62,257 bases of DNA from Negaprion brevirostris (GCA_030324005.1 JARDVH010000073.1:27408775-27471031); one strand, 5' to 3'; shown: positions 36,191 through 49,405, counted from the first letter of the stretch. The notes: a model not told the origin generated them from the letters alone. Translations and numbers: made by a program.

Positions 36191-37985
36191 AATCTCTGAA
36201 AAGATACTGAATTTCTATAATTTTTTTCTGATAGACAAAAGGAAATACCAAGTCTTCAGACCATAAATTTCAGGTTGACATGCTAATTGTTTGTCAGGAG
36301 GGCAGAATACACAAAAGGCACAGTGAAAAATACTTAAATGTTGGACTATATGCTTCAAATCATTACAAGTTACAAACTGTTCTGGACATGTAAAGAGTGC
36401 AGTGAAATAAGTAAGAGAAGGATATAAAACACCAGTTTGGTTACATGGTTGTCTTTGGTGTCCAAGTTGGCACAATATCTGATAAAAAAAAGGTATCCTT
36501 CACAATTAATCAAAAGTGCTCTATTTTGGATTAATTGATGCAGTTCCAACCAGAGACAAAAGGAATTTGTAAATGTAAATAACTTCAAAAACAATAAGCC
36601 TAATCAAACAAGATTTGACTTAATTAGATTTGGAACTCAGACAGCTGTTATGAGTTCACTTTATGACTCAGAAACCAATTATTTCTTTCAAATTTTCAGT
36701 AAGCTCTCATAGCTGCACTTCAGCTTGCCAGCACCTTTACCTGACTAAAAATTCAATGAAAGAAATCAAATGCAGCAACATCTTTTATGAAGGATGATGG
36801 AGCCTCACATCTGTCAAAACAATTACTGTGTGTATTATATTCACAATGACAACATTTGGATTATCTTCTTTATAAACTGCAAAACAGTAAGCCAGATATT
36901 AAGAAGAATTGATTTGAGATTACCACTGTCCTGTTGCTAGATATTATAGAACTGCTATCGTCCCCATCATAGCAGTTAATTCAGAGAGGACTATGCGGTA
37001 GTACAAAAGATATAGACCATAGAAACTGAGAAGCAATTGAAATTATTTATTCCTTTAAAGAAAAACTTTAAAAACAAATGTAAAATTGAGAAGATAGTAC
37101 TTATTTTTTATAAAATCACCACCTCCAATAGACTACCATAATATCAATTCAAATTAGGATATGATTCTATTCGAACAGCCATCCAATACCTCACTTAAAT
37201 GATCTTTCTTCCTGTGGGAGTCAAAACAGTGGATGTGGACTGGCTATTGAATTATGGCAGCTTTACCTCACAATCATCTGAGTGCATTTTCTAGCAGCGA
37301 GTTTCACTGCATAGAAAATAAGAGCAGGAATTTAGACTAGTTCTTTCTCTCACTGCCATCCCAATGGAGATCAACTAACGAAGTTCAAATTAAGCTCCAA
37401 CCTGGAGCAGTCTTTACACAACACTACACAGTAAGTTAATCCATCAACCGTCAAGTATTATCTTAGACCTTGCCTTGGGAACAATGGCGAGGCTAACAGT
37501 GCTCATTGTTACATTGGATTGAATCAAACAGCAACCTGGGCGATTAAAAGTGGAATTCTGGAAGTTGTTGTATGGGCTACCCTACCCTGCTCCTCCATGG
37601 ACCACTTTATAAGAATACTTCACCGTAGATTCGGCACCGAAACCGATGAAGTTGCTCTACCTACCCACTAATTACTCTCTTAACACGATAGAAAACATTA
37701 GGGGTGGTTCATTCACATATAACTGTTTTTCATAGTGTAATAAATCATAATTTCTGCCAACTTTTCTGCTATGTAAAATTACATTTTGTAAGTATGGGAC
37801 TTCATTCCTTCAAAACCTAATTACAGATGTTTTTTTTATCTTTTTCATCTCTCTTTCTCTCTTAACTTTCTTCCCCCTTTGCTTTCTGTACAAGATTTAA
37901 ATCAAATTTATTATTCCTGATTTATTCTAATGGCTTCACCGCTGTATGGCTTAGTGAGAATTCTTCCATCTGATTAGCAAAAGAT

Positions 37986-38306
37986 CCAAAGATGTGTGGG
38001 TTAGGTTGATTGGCCATGCTAAAATTGCCCCTTAGCGTCCTGAGATGTGTAGGTTAGAGGGATTACTGGTTAAATGTGTAGGGATATGGGGGTGGTAGGG
38101 CTTGGGTGGTATTGTNNNNNNNNNNNNNNNNNNNNNNNNNNNNNNNNNNNNNNNNNNNNNNNNNNNNNNNNNNNNNNNNNNNNNNNNNNNNNNNNNNNNN
38201 NNNNNNNNNNNNNNNTATGGGAGTAGGGCCTGCGTGGGATTGTGGTCAGTGCAGACACGATGGGCCAAATGGCCTCTTTCTGTACTGTAGGGATTCTATG
38301 GTTCTG
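37986..38306 (+). mobile_element. HE1 class A 3' half spanning a 100-N gap
   Basis: tccaaagatgtgtgggttaggttgattggccatgctaaaattgcccc...ctgtagggattctatggttct; tail sequence repeated across the gap. Confidence 0.85.
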
Positions 38307-38547
38307 TTTTTCTATGATCTTCACTGCTTGTTGTTCTGTTTCCACATGCCACAGATCCCCTGTAGAGGAGGGTTCTATGCTGGATCAGACATCCAAAGCC
38401 AGCAAGTTACTGCCTGAAACCTTATGAAAACATTGTGGGCAGCTGTCAATGTAGTTAATGGCAAGCACCATTTCTTCTTCATCTCAGACTCCAAAATTTG
38501 GGCCAATATGTACAAAAGTTAATGGAGCTAATGTTAAGTCACTTACA

Positions 38548-39020
38548 TTTAAAGTTTATTTATTCCTGTTAGGTTGGCTGGCCATTCCAAATTGCCCCTT
38601 AGTGTCCTGGAATGTGGAGGTTAGAGGGATTAGCTAGGTAAATGTGTGGGGTTGTGGGGATAGGACATGGGGTGGGAATGTTGTTGGTGTGGACTTGATG
38701 GGCCAAATGGCCTCCTTCTGCACTGTCAGGTTTCTAATGAAAAAAATTACACTGCAATGAAGTTACTGCAAAAATCCCCTACTCACCACACACAGGCAGC
38801 TATTCGGGTACACTGAGGGAGAACTTAGCCTGGTCAATGCACCTATAGACCAGCAGGTCTTTTTGTCTGTGGGAAACAACTGGAGCACCTGGAAGAAACC
38901 CATGCAGATATGGAGAGAACGTGCAAACTCCAAACAGATAATGACCCAAGCCAGGAATCGAACATGGATGTCTTGTGTTCTGAAGCAGCAATGCTGACCA
39001 CTGTGCCACCACGCCACCCC
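38548..39020 (-). mobile_element. HE1-like SINE class B, full length, interrupted in its tail
   Basis: Head ends accactgtgccaccacgccaccc; class B tail (acactgcaatgaagttactg) split from aaagtttatttatt by an inserted class A fragment. Confidence 0.85.
38568..38740 (+). mobile_element. HE1 class A 3' half nested in a class B copy
   Basis: gttaggttggctggccattccaaattgccccttagtgtcc...gatgggccaaatggcctccttctgcactgt. Confidence 0.85.
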
Positions 39021-40712
39021 AATGTGATTTAACATTTAGCTCCATTAACATAAAATGAAGAAACCCATTCATTCATTTTACGAAATAATGATCAATAGAA
39101 ATATCAATAAAACCTGTAATAAATGGTTTTTTAATTATTTGTTTTCATATGCCTTACAGCATCAAAGATGTTTTTAATCATTTCGCTTGTGTGGAATTTC
39201 TGTAGCATTACGAACAAGTAAATATGTAGGCTACATTCTGCCTCTTCTAATGCTGACATCAAATGTTCAAAAACAAACAAAATCAACTCTTCCAGAGATT
39301 GATCTGGAGAAGGTAATGGTAACACTATAAGTAGAAGAAAAGTAATAATGTCACATGTGATAGGTTAGAACAGATGTTCAGGTAGACAGTCTGCTTGATT
39401 CGAAATGTCGATAGCAATAGCTACAGTGGTACATTACTACACTCATGTTGTCCCAAGGGCAAACATTTTTAGTCTTTTTCAGGTCATTTGTGTTGAGGGA
39501 TAACTAAACAGCNNNNNNNNNNNNNNNNNNNNNNNNNNNNNNNNNNNNNNNNNNNNNNNNNNNNNNNNNNNNNNNNNNNNNNNNNNNNNNNNNNNNNNNN
39601 NNNNNNNNNNNNNNNNNNNNNNNNNNNNNNNNNNNNNNNNNNNNNNNNNNNNNNNNNNNNNNNNNNNNNNNNNNNNNNNNNNNNNNNNNNNNNNNNNNNN
39701 NNNNNNNNNNNNNNNNNNNNNNNNNNNNNNNNNNNNNNNNNNNNNNNNNNNNNNNNNNNNNNNNNNNNNNNNNNNNNNNNNNNNNNNNNNNNNNNNNNNN
39801 NNNNNNNNNNNNNNNNNNNNNNNNNNNNNNNNNNNNNNNNNNNNNNNNTATGTGAAAATGCCAATTTCTTTCCTGTTTTACAAACATGATACCAGCTCAG
39901 ATCTACAAAAAGGTGGAGATCAACTTCCTTCCACAATTTCTCTTAACTCAATAAGGTTCAAAATGGTGTGAACAATAACAGCAATGTTATAATAATAGCA
40001 TTAGAATGCCCAAAAAGCTTCAAAACATCATTTTTTTGTAAATGACAAAGTGGCAACATAGGCTTAATAACATGGCGAGTGGAGGGGTGGGTGGAAGACA
40101 ACCCCCTCCTCCGTTCCCCAACCCCGGAAACAATACTGGTACAACATGCTGACCTACCACACAGAACTCTGAGGTAGGTTAATAAGGATCAAGTGGGACT
40201 ACCGATCCTTACTGGGACGCAAGGCCCACCCTCTATAGCTGCTGGCCAATCTAACTGGCTAAAAAGTCCATCAATCCCAGCAGCACCTAAAAAGGTGTCA
40301 GTGGCGGATACCAGGACTACCAGAGGAGCAAAAGATCAGAGCTCATGGATCCAAGCAGCAGGTAAATCCAGGGTTTTGGGCTGGTCACACTAATGTTTTA
40401 CGGTGTGGGTAGTATATTAACAGGATCAACTTCTTTGGCAACAACCCAAATTGACAGTTGATTATTCATTTAAATATGGCAGGCAAGCAGCCAACAAAGC
40501 CACCTGCCCACTCCTCATATTATGGCAGAGAACTCTGAGGTGGGCAGGAAGGTGTTGGAATGTCATCTGCCCTATTTTACGTGCCCTTCCCAACCTCCTC
40601 AGAAAACAGACCCTTCTGTTCCTTTCACCTGCCGAAAGTTAAGTTTCACCCCCTTGCTTTTAGTGTTTCAGCATTCGTCTCCTTAAATGTTAGGAAGTAT
40701 TCGCAAGCTCAC

Positions 40713-41135
40713 AATCATAGAATCCTAACAGTGCAGAAGGAAGTCTCACAACACCAGGTTAAAGTCCAACCAGTTTATTNNNNNNNNNNNNNNNNNNNNN
40801 NNNNNNNNNNNNNNNNNNNNNNNNNNNNNNNNNNNNNNNNNNNNNNNNNNNNNNNNNNNNNNNNNNNNNNNNNNNNNNNNNNNNNNNNNNNNNNNNNNNN
40901 NNNNNNNNNNNNNNNNNNNNNNNNNTACCATCAACACTGCAGGAGGCGGCCATTCGGCACATCGAGTCTGCACCGACGACAATCACACCCAGGTTCTATT
41001 CCCCACATATTCAACCTGTTAATCCCCTGACACTAAGGGGCAATTGAGCATGGCCAATCAACCTAACTTGCACATCTTTGGACTGTGGGGAAAACCGGAG
41101 CACCTGAAGGAAACACACGCAGATATGGAGAGAAC
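40713..41135 (-). mobile_element. HE1 class A SINE, 5'-truncated, interrupted by a PLE family 1 element
   Basis: aatcatagaatcctaacagtgcagaagg tail end; remainder at 40933-41135 includes the V-domain. Confidence 0.85.
40741..40932. mobile_element. PLE family 1 element (mostly in gap)
   Basis: aagtctcacaacaccaggttaaagtccaac; flanked by aacagtgcagaagg (40727-40740) / aacactgcaggagg (40933-40946), a 14-bp TSD with 2 mismatches. Confidence 0.68.
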
Positions 41136-41532
41136 AAAATAAAATAGTTTCACCATTTTTCTGTGGCATTTTGTGGCAATCAGTTTACCACGGGAAGGAA
41201 ATTCAAATACTCTCTCAGTGAAAAAAAAATTGAGGCGTATAAAAGCTGTCCCACTGTTTTCATACTCAAGAAATGTTATGTAGGAAGGCTAAAAAGGTAA
41301 TACAAATAAATAATGTTCGACAGGTGCAAGGAACAGGAGTTTAAGTATTTAGCATTTACTCTGTGCTCAACCTAGTTTCCCCATGTCACCAATTTTAATA
41401 AAACTTTTGTGGCACAATTGTAACTTTCTTCCTTTACAGCCTAACATTAGTATTAAAAACAAATATCCACCAGCACGAGAACACAAAACACCATCACTGC
41501 AAAACTTTTTCATCAAATATAGAACCAATGAA

Positions 41533-41830
41533 GGGACAGCATGGTGGTATAGTGGTTATACCACCTGCCTCCAACCGTCAGGGACTCAGGTTCAACTCTG
41601 GTCTCAGATCACTGTCTGTTCTCCCCGTATCTGCATGGGTTTCCTTCGCATGCTCCAGTTTCCTCCCACAGTCCAAAGATGTGTGGCTTAGGTTGATTGG
41701 CCATGCTAAATTTCCCCTTAGTGTCAGGTTAAATATGTGGACTTAAGGGGATAGGGTCTGGATGGGATTGTTGTCGGTGCAGGCTCAATGGACCAAGTGG
41801 TCTCCTTCTGCACTGTAGGGATTCTATGAT
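41533..41830 (+). mobile_element. HE1 class A SINE, near full length
   Basis: tRNA-like head, gtttcctcccacagtccaaagatgtg V-domain, tail ctccttctgcactgtagggattctatgat. Confidence 0.9.
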
Positions 41831-42716
41831 GGCACCAAATGAATATACCTGATTTGGAACTCTCTGTAAATTACAAATAAAGATGTACACAGTTAATAGC
41901 CACTCTGATCAAAGGAATGTGTGTTTAAAGAGAAGATTCGATTAGCCATTGATTTACTCCTTGCACAGTACACTGTACAGTGTTTTCATAATGAAAACAA
42001 TTAGGATAGGGAAAATTAATAATCTTGAACTGTTCCCATTAAAAGGCTTCTGGTATTTTTATGAATGCAAACTAAATTTTCCTGCTTGCTTACAAATTAT
42101 ATTGACTTTGTACTTGTATACAAACAGGCAGAATTATATTAATGATTACGATAAAGTACCTTGGAATTTGCATATACTTTAAGACACTGATGTATTTTGT
42201 TTTATTCACTATGCATTTGAAGGACACTAAAACCATTTTATATCAAGTGAAGTCTGAATGATCCAATATTTTCATTCCTTTTCTGAAAGCTTCAAACTTG
42301 TGAGTTCAGTAAAAGAAAATATACAGCGGGAGTGGTATTATAACAAAAAAAAAGTTGGCTCCCTCTTAATTATGATTAAAAGCAATATTTAAAGTCAATG
42401 CAAAGAATCGCTGTGTTGAATGAACTTTCCTCCAACTTGTACATGCTTTGAGCTGAGCCAGCGAACGGCAAATGGACAAAACCAAGAATGTCACAAGGCA
42501 ACAATGCAAAGAGGGACACAGAAAAGGAGCAATAGAAGGAAAGAAATAAGTAAGGAAAGAAACAAGAAGTAACAAAACTGCATGTCAGCATGATTGTGCT
42601 GCACTAACAAACTGCAGACATGGGAGTTGCGAGATTCATCAAGTAAAAGCTCCTGACAATACGAATTTGAAAAATACAAAGAAATAGGATAACAGGAGGG
42701 GATAGAAAAGGTTTTT

Positions 42717-43000
42717 TTTAAGTTTTTTCATTAGTGTCCCAAACAGACTTACATTAGCACTGCAATCAAGTTACTGTAAAAATCCCCTAGTCGTATGTTC
42801 AGGTACACTGAGGGAGAATCGAGCACAGCCAATACGTCTAAATCAACACATCTTTCAGACTGTGGGAGGAAACTGCAGGAGCCAGAAGAAACCCATGCAG
42901 ACATAGGGAGAACATCTTAATTCCACATAGACAGTGACCCGAGGCTGGAATGGAACCTGTGTGTCTGGCACGATGAGGCAGCAATGCTAAGCATTGTGCA
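42717..43000 (-). mobile_element. HE1-like SINE class B
   Basis: ttacattagcactgcaatcaagttactgtaaaaatcccctagtcg tail; V-domain; head ...tgaggcagcaatgctaagcattgtg. Confidence 0.87.
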
Positions 43001-43584
43001 TGCGTAGTTTATCCACTTACAAAACTATATTTTTTTAAACTTGTTGAAATTGCAAATAGTTTAAGGTCACAAGTAGAATTGTCACTCAGTTGCATAATTT
43101 TTGGTCAAATGGATTCTATTTTATTTTTGACTCTGAGCCATAGAATCCAAAACTGCACGAGGTTCAACTGCACCAGTAATAGTCTCAGCACAAATAGCTG
43201 TGCCTGGCATCATTGCCCAAGCTTGGGGTGGAGGAGTCATGTATGTCTGAGTTCCCACTTTCAACCATCCTTTGCATGCTGCTATTGGCCAAGGAGGAGG
43301 TGTGGTTCTAACAGTCCTTCATACTGACAGCCAAATTGCACACCGGAAGTATGTATACTTGCGGAAAAGCCTCCCTAATCAGAGTTTTCACCAATGAATC
43401 TACACCCAAAGTAGAAGTTATACCTTTATTAAAGATAAAGGCAGATCATTGGAATAGAAACAGAAAAGAAAACCTTTTGTATGCACTTTCCATTGAAATC
43501 AACATTTTAAAATCTAAACACAGAATTGAATCATACATGTGTATTCTTCTAAAGTCAGCACTGCTACTTTTTCCCCATAATGTT

Positions 43585-43708
43585 TGCTGGGAGTTTCTGG
43601 CCCTGCCATGGAGCGGACGGGGGGCATACGACAGGCCAGCCAAAAGTCCACTCACTTTCTGCAGGGCTGGAAGAACCTGGCGGGAGGTGGGACCGCAAAA
43701 TCTCGGCC
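43585..43708. mobile_element. GC-rich MITE
   Basis: Ends gctgggagtttctgg / ccgcaaaatctcggcc resemble the shared TIR. Confidence 0.5.
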
Positions 43709-44273
43709 AGTGTCAAACAGATACTGAGAAAGAACACACAAAGAAAAGTAAATACAGTTAGGAACTGATGAATCTATTTACCTTGTCAGCATATATTTGT
43801 AATCATATGTCCCATCGTGTACTCATCACTCCTCCAACAGAAGCTGATTCTTCGTTATTATGCTGCTGAGTTTCAGAGCTATTTCCCAAATTCACTTCAC
43901 TGACCCAACAGGCCCGCTCTTCAAAATACACTTAAAAACTTCTCTCTGTTGCTTCAGCCTCCATCCCTACTTACACAGTCTGTTAAGTCTTCTGCTCAGC
44001 ATCCTTTTCAGTTCCTTGTAATGCACACCAAACTTTCCTTCCTGTGAAGGACACAACGTAAATGCGCAACTAGCAACTGAAAAGGTTTTGCATTTTGCAA
44101 ATTAGACAGTGATCCACAGCACGATACTGGATGATGAGTTAAAGTCAATCTTCAAAAAGTGGTCAAGAAAATACATCTTAATTGGCAAAAGATTACAGCA
44201 AGAAAAATGTCACTAAACCATCCAAATGCCATGAAAAAAATTATTTCATACCACAAATGTATGTTGAACTTGC

Positions 44274-44920
44274 GGCCAGATTTTAATTTTAAGATGCAAA
44301 GTTCGGGTCAGAGAATCTCCTGGTGGGGCAAGTGCCAGGTATTACACCTTCTCCCATTACAAGTAGGGTAGGGGAGGGGTCTGAGTTCACATTTTCATTG
44401 ACAGTTTTAAGAGGCTATCAAAGGATTTGGTATGGTTGCAGATTACAAGTTTGTTTTTATAACAGATCGAATATTTAAGGGGATTTAAAATCTCTGAACA
44501 GGTTTCATGAACGTTGTTTTCAGTACCAGGTGCTTCTGAGTGAGAATTCTATTGAATTGTTAGAAGTTAATTTTTTTTTTAATCATTCATCTCCAGATGG
44601 TTTCTGAGGGCTGCCCGTAATGGAAGCTGGATGAGTGATTATGGAAGTGGCATAAATGGAATGAAATGACATGGGGCCTATTGAGAGAAAGGGGGCCCAA
44701 CAGCATTTTATAAAAGGAAGCCAAAGTTGCAGATTCACACTCCGTCTCTTCCGCGCGAACAAAAATAGGATCTGCCAGGAATGGGAGCAGGATTTTAAAG
44801 GCCTCCAGAACTAGCCAGATTCTGTGAAAATCCTGTTCTAGGTCTTCTTGGTTTAACAAATGTAAGTTCATCATTGTGCTTCTCTCCCTATTTTAAAGCC
44901 AACACTTGAAACATCTGGCT
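44274..44920. mobile_element. Possible ~650-bp TIR element
   Basis: ggccagattttaa / ttgaaacatctggct weak inverted ends; similar in size to the 14559 and 54308 elements. Confidence 0.35.
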
Positions 44921-46135
44921 AATATACAATTACTTCTAAAGATCGTTGATGTTAAAAAACCTACTAGTCACCAAGTGCAATCACAAGACGTATCAATCTG
45001 TGCCTATGTTATTCTAGTCACAAAGTGAACAGTTCATTTGTATTTTCAACTGATGACTGTTATAATGTTAGAATTGCTGACAAAACAACGCTAACTAAAT
45101 CCTGTCTGATGTAAAACAATCAACTTGAATATCCTATTCCAAGAATGTGACATGGACAGTATTTTAAATAGAGTACAAAAGGTATAAATTATCAAGGAAT
45201 GAATACAAAACTATTTTGTAAACCATTGCAAGCAGATCCTAATATAAACTATACTATGACAAGATAGAAAATAAACTGATGTTAGAAGGGATGAGCAATA
45301 AAATAATTCCCTTTTAAACAGTTATACCTGAGCATATATTAAACAAACATGCTGCATCAAAATAAACCAATAATCTTGAAATTACAGTTCTTGAACTAAT
45401 TAGAAAACAAAGTTTAAATTCAAAAGAATTTACTTAGCAAAATAATCCATTGTCTGGAAAACTGCATCTCTTCAGCAGGGTCCTAATTACAGTATGTCAT
45501 TCTGTATTTTTCATTTCGTAAAATGGTATCTGATATCTATTTGTAATATAACAAAATGAGTGTGCAAATTTCTAGCTCTTGAGCATCTGTTCAAAAAGCT
45601 GTAGAATGGTTAATTCTTTACCCAACATGGTCAACTCTATATGGAGATGATACGAAGCTTTGACCATAGAACAATATAATTGTGCCATAACGTCATATGC
45701 AAAATTCTTAAAAATCAAAACATGCAAGCAATTNNNNNNNNNNTATTACATTTAGGTTCTGATTCACTTAACTAGAAGTCAGCTCAAGGGATTTAACACA
45801 AGGTTTCTATAAATTAAAAGAATAAAACTAAGGCAGCTACTGGAAAATAACAATACACTTCGATACACAAACTATTAACAATCTGAAATTTAATGCAAAT
45901 CGAATATGGAGCCAAATGGACAAAAGCACAAGTAGAAATGAACAAAACAATCTGAGGAAATGCGAAAACAGATACAAGTTTAGATTTTGCAGAAATTTAA
46001 AATTATCTTTGTTATAGAAGAATACCAGTTCATTAATGCACCAGCATATTTTAATTACACTTCCTTTCTTTCTCAATAACATAATAGTAAATAATAAATA
46101 ATACAACGTATAAATTGAAAAGAAACACATTTATG

Positions 46136-46180
46136 TACATATATATATGTATATATACGCACACACACACAAACACATAT
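46136..46180. repeat. (TA)n(CA)n compound microsatellite
   Basis: tacatatatatatgtatatatacgcacacacacacaaacacatat. Confidence 0.85.
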
Positions 46181-46859
46181 AATGGGGCAAATGAATTCAC
46201 AAAATTAGAATTGCATTTTCAATGTGACAAGAGTATTTAACTGATTCAATTATACAATAAGGTGCATTGCATTCCTTAAACTGTACAAATAAAGTGTGAA
46301 GCAAGATGTTAAACCATAGAATTTGTAATTGACTTTCCATGAGCAATTGTCATTGCTTGACTTTCTTGTGGATGCATTTGTCACAAGTAACCTTCCAATG
46401 GGGTGGGATTTCATTGTCTTGCAGTATTTTGAGAGCGATCAACATATCTTACATGTGAGCTGTAAGCTACAATACAATATTTTCACAATTGCAATATACT
46501 TATATGGATGTCTTAGAAATCTAAATTGATCCTCTGTGGAAGAAGGTAAATGTATAGTTGGAAACTGTATGAACAACTGCTGCTACCTTGAATGGCAAGA
46601 CACAAGTGTGATTCTTCGATTTATTTATCTACAAGACTACTGTGGAAGATAGGAAAAATACCATACAATTAGCACTAAATTGTAAACTTCTATAATGATT
46701 GTATTCATAACAAAAAGTGTACAGAAACAAAATGACCTTGGATGCGCATGGCCAGAGGTAGCAGGACTGGTGGATAAGATTGTTTGGATGGCACGCAGGA
46801 TAATTGAGGCATAAAATAGAGATTATGTCAGAATGCTCCCATGAACTGAAAACTTTCGC

Positions 46860-47110
46860 AAAATGGAAAGGCTGGATAGGCTGGGGTCTGTGTTGGAACA
46901 GAAGAGGCTCAGAGGAGATTTTATTGAGGGGTATACAACAATGAGNNNNNNNNNNNNNNNNNNNNNNNNNNNNNNNNNNNNNNNNNNNNNNNNNNNNNNN
47001 NNNNNNNNNNNNNNNNNNNNNNNNNNNNNNNNNNNNNNNNNNNNNATTGAGGGGTATACAACAATGAGGCCTAGATAAAGTGGATAGGAAGTACCTATTT
47101 GTCCAAGCAC
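46860..47110 (+). mobile_element. CR1 ORF2 fragment across a 100-N gap
   Basis: ERLDRLGSVLEQKRLRGDFIEGYTTM. Confidence 0.8.
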
Positions 47111-47374
47111 AGAGGTAGCAGAGCATTTAGAAAATCACAATGCAATCAAGTAGAGCCAACATTGTTTTATAAAAGGAAAATCATGTTTGACAGAATTATT
47201 AAAGTTCTTTGAGAATGTAGAAAACAGAACAGATAAAGATGTAGTGTATTTGAATTTCCAAAAAGCATTTGATAAGGTGCCATATAAACGTTTTCTACAC
47301 AAGTGCTCATGGTATTGGGGTAACATATTAGCATAGATAGAGGTGTGGTTAACATGTAGAAAACAGATGTGCAC

Positions 47375-47740
47375 CAGGTGAGTAGATCTTCCAGAGGGGA
47401 GAGGAGCATGCCGAGGTACCACCTGGCACCCATGTGACACTAGCTGGGCTAACCCTAGTGCTGGGGGGCAATGCGCAAGTAGCGCCAGGGGTGGTTCCAG
47501 GATAAGCTAGTTTCTTCACTCTGCACTGGGGCGACCTTTAAAAATGGTCTCCTCCCTATCATCATGCTTCTAAGTTGCTGGCAGGGCAGGTAAATCAGAG
47601 GCTACTTCGCCAAAGCAACATCATGGAATCCATAGATCCAAGTTTTTTTTTAAGTGCAGTACAAATTGGCAGAGAAAGATGCTGACGGCTCCAACACTGC
47701 TTTTCCCACCAACATCCAATATCAGAGAAAATCCTGACCA
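47375..47740. mobile_element. GC-rich DNA-transposon remnant nested in CR1
   Basis: Interrupts CR1 between agaaaacaga and agagtcaagataaa; right end gagaaaatcctgacc is TIR-like. Confidence 0.55.
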
Positions 47741-48130
47741 GAGTCAAGATAAAGGGTAATTTTTAGGTTAGCAAACTATAACAAGTGTGGGGTTGGTGGG
47801 GTGGATGGGGGGGTGGTTGAATTATTTACAATCTATATTATTGATTTGGATGAAGGGACAGAGTGCATTATAATCAAATTTGTTGCCAAAACAAAAGTAG
47901 CTGTGAAAGCAAGTTGCAAGGAGGGCATAAAAGGTCTGAAAAGGGTTATACGTTGGTTAAATGAGTGGGTAAAGATTTGACAAATGGAGTATAATGGGAA
48001 AATCTGAAAATTAGAAAAGCAGAATGTTATTGAAATGGAAAGAGTCTACAGAATGCTCCATTACAGAGGGATTTCAGTGTCATCTTTCATGAATCAAGAA
48101 ATTTTAGCAGGTACATGAACAAGCAATTAT

Positions 48131-48312
48131 GACGTGGAGATGCTGACGTTGGACTGGGGTACGCACGGTAAGAAGTCTCACAATGCCAGGTTAAAGTCCA
48201 ACAGGTTTATTTGGTAGCACGAGCTTTCGGAGCACTGCCTCTTCTTCACTCACCTGATGCTCCGAAAGCTCATGCTACCAAATAAACCTGTTGGACTTTA
48301 ACCTGGTGTTTT
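48131..48312. mobile_element. PLE family 1 fold-back element with two degenerate hammerhead cores
   Basis: Arms ccaggttaaagtccaacaggtttatttggtagcacgagctttcggagca / tgctccgaaagctcatgctaccaaataaacctgttggactttaacctgg; TSD aagcaattatga (48121-48132) / aagtaattatga (48313-48324). Confidence 0.8.
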
Positions 48313-49405
48313 AAGTAATTATGAAGACTATAGTAATATTAGAAGATGGCTGGACTTTAAAAATAGTAGGGAAATCTGATTACAAACGTACAGGACATTG
48401 GTGAGACCACATCTAGAGTACTGTGTATGGTTCTCTAGTCTCCTTATTTAAGGTAGGGTAGACTTGTATTTGAGGCAGCTCAGAGGAGGTTCACTTGGAG
48501 TTGTCTTACGAGGACTGTTTGAACAGGTTTGGCCTAAACACAATGGAATTGAGAAGAATGAGAACAGATCTTATGGAACATGTAAAATTCTCAGGGGACT
48601 TGACAGTGTTGATGCTGAGAGGAAGATTCCCCTCATCATGGAATCTAGAAGTACAGGGCACAGTTTCAGAATTAATGATCTCCCATGTAATACAGAGAAG
48701 GGAAAGGATTTCTTCTCCCAGAGGATCATTAATCTTTGGAAATCCCTACCTCTAAGTTGGATAGCTTCTTTTTCCACTAACACAGACACAATGGATCGAA
48801 CGGCTCCCTTTTTGCAATGTAAATTTTGAAAAATCCTACGTTGTTTTAGTTTGCATTGTCCGTCCCTAACGTTGTAATTTTCAGCAGACGTTGAGGTGGA
48901 ACTTCCTGTGTACTTTAGCCCAGAAACTTTGGAAACGGGGCATTAAACAAAGTATCAGCATTAAAAAAAAGGAAATTTGGGCACATACATATTGCAGATA
49001 GAATTTTTCCTTGTTTTTAATGATAGATCTATAGATCACTGTACCCAAATACATCCTGAATCATTACAATGACTGTGATGCATACTTGTGAATTTTCTGC
49101 AATTACACCAGTTCAAAATTTGAGAAATGTGTTAAGAAAACAGGTGAGAAGATGAAAAGAAGTGATTGAAAAGGGACCAGAGCCAGGATTGGAAAGAAAG
49201 GCCAGAAAGAGGCACACACATATGAATGATATCAGATATGCTTAAAAAAACTGCCAGCTGATCAGTGCGAGGTGATTGGAGGAATTGAATATTTGAAAAT
49301 TCAACACTTGGTGATAAACATGTACAGAAAGAAAGAGCGGTTTACTGAGGCATGTTGCTTATATTGTCGTATTGGGCTTTTCTATCTAACCAGCAAAAGA
49401 AAAAC

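Larger units (their letters stand above)
47121..48825 (+). mobile_element. CR1 LINE RT to 3' end, decayed, with two nested insertions
   Basis: HLENHNAIK*SQHCFIKGKSCLTELLKFFE...VVYLNFQKAFDKVP; LVRPHLEYCV; LSYEDCLNRFGLNTMELRRMRTDL; FFSQRIINLWKSLP. Confidence 0.9.

Noticed and set aside
38075-38250. Apparent tandem duplication of a SINE tail
   Set aside because: It straddles a 100-N gap and cannot be separated from an assembly effect.
46923-47068. 23-bp perfect direct repeat (attgaggggtatacaacaatgag) that looks like a TSD
   Set aside because: It flanks an exactly 100-N gap, so it is most likely overlapping contig ends.
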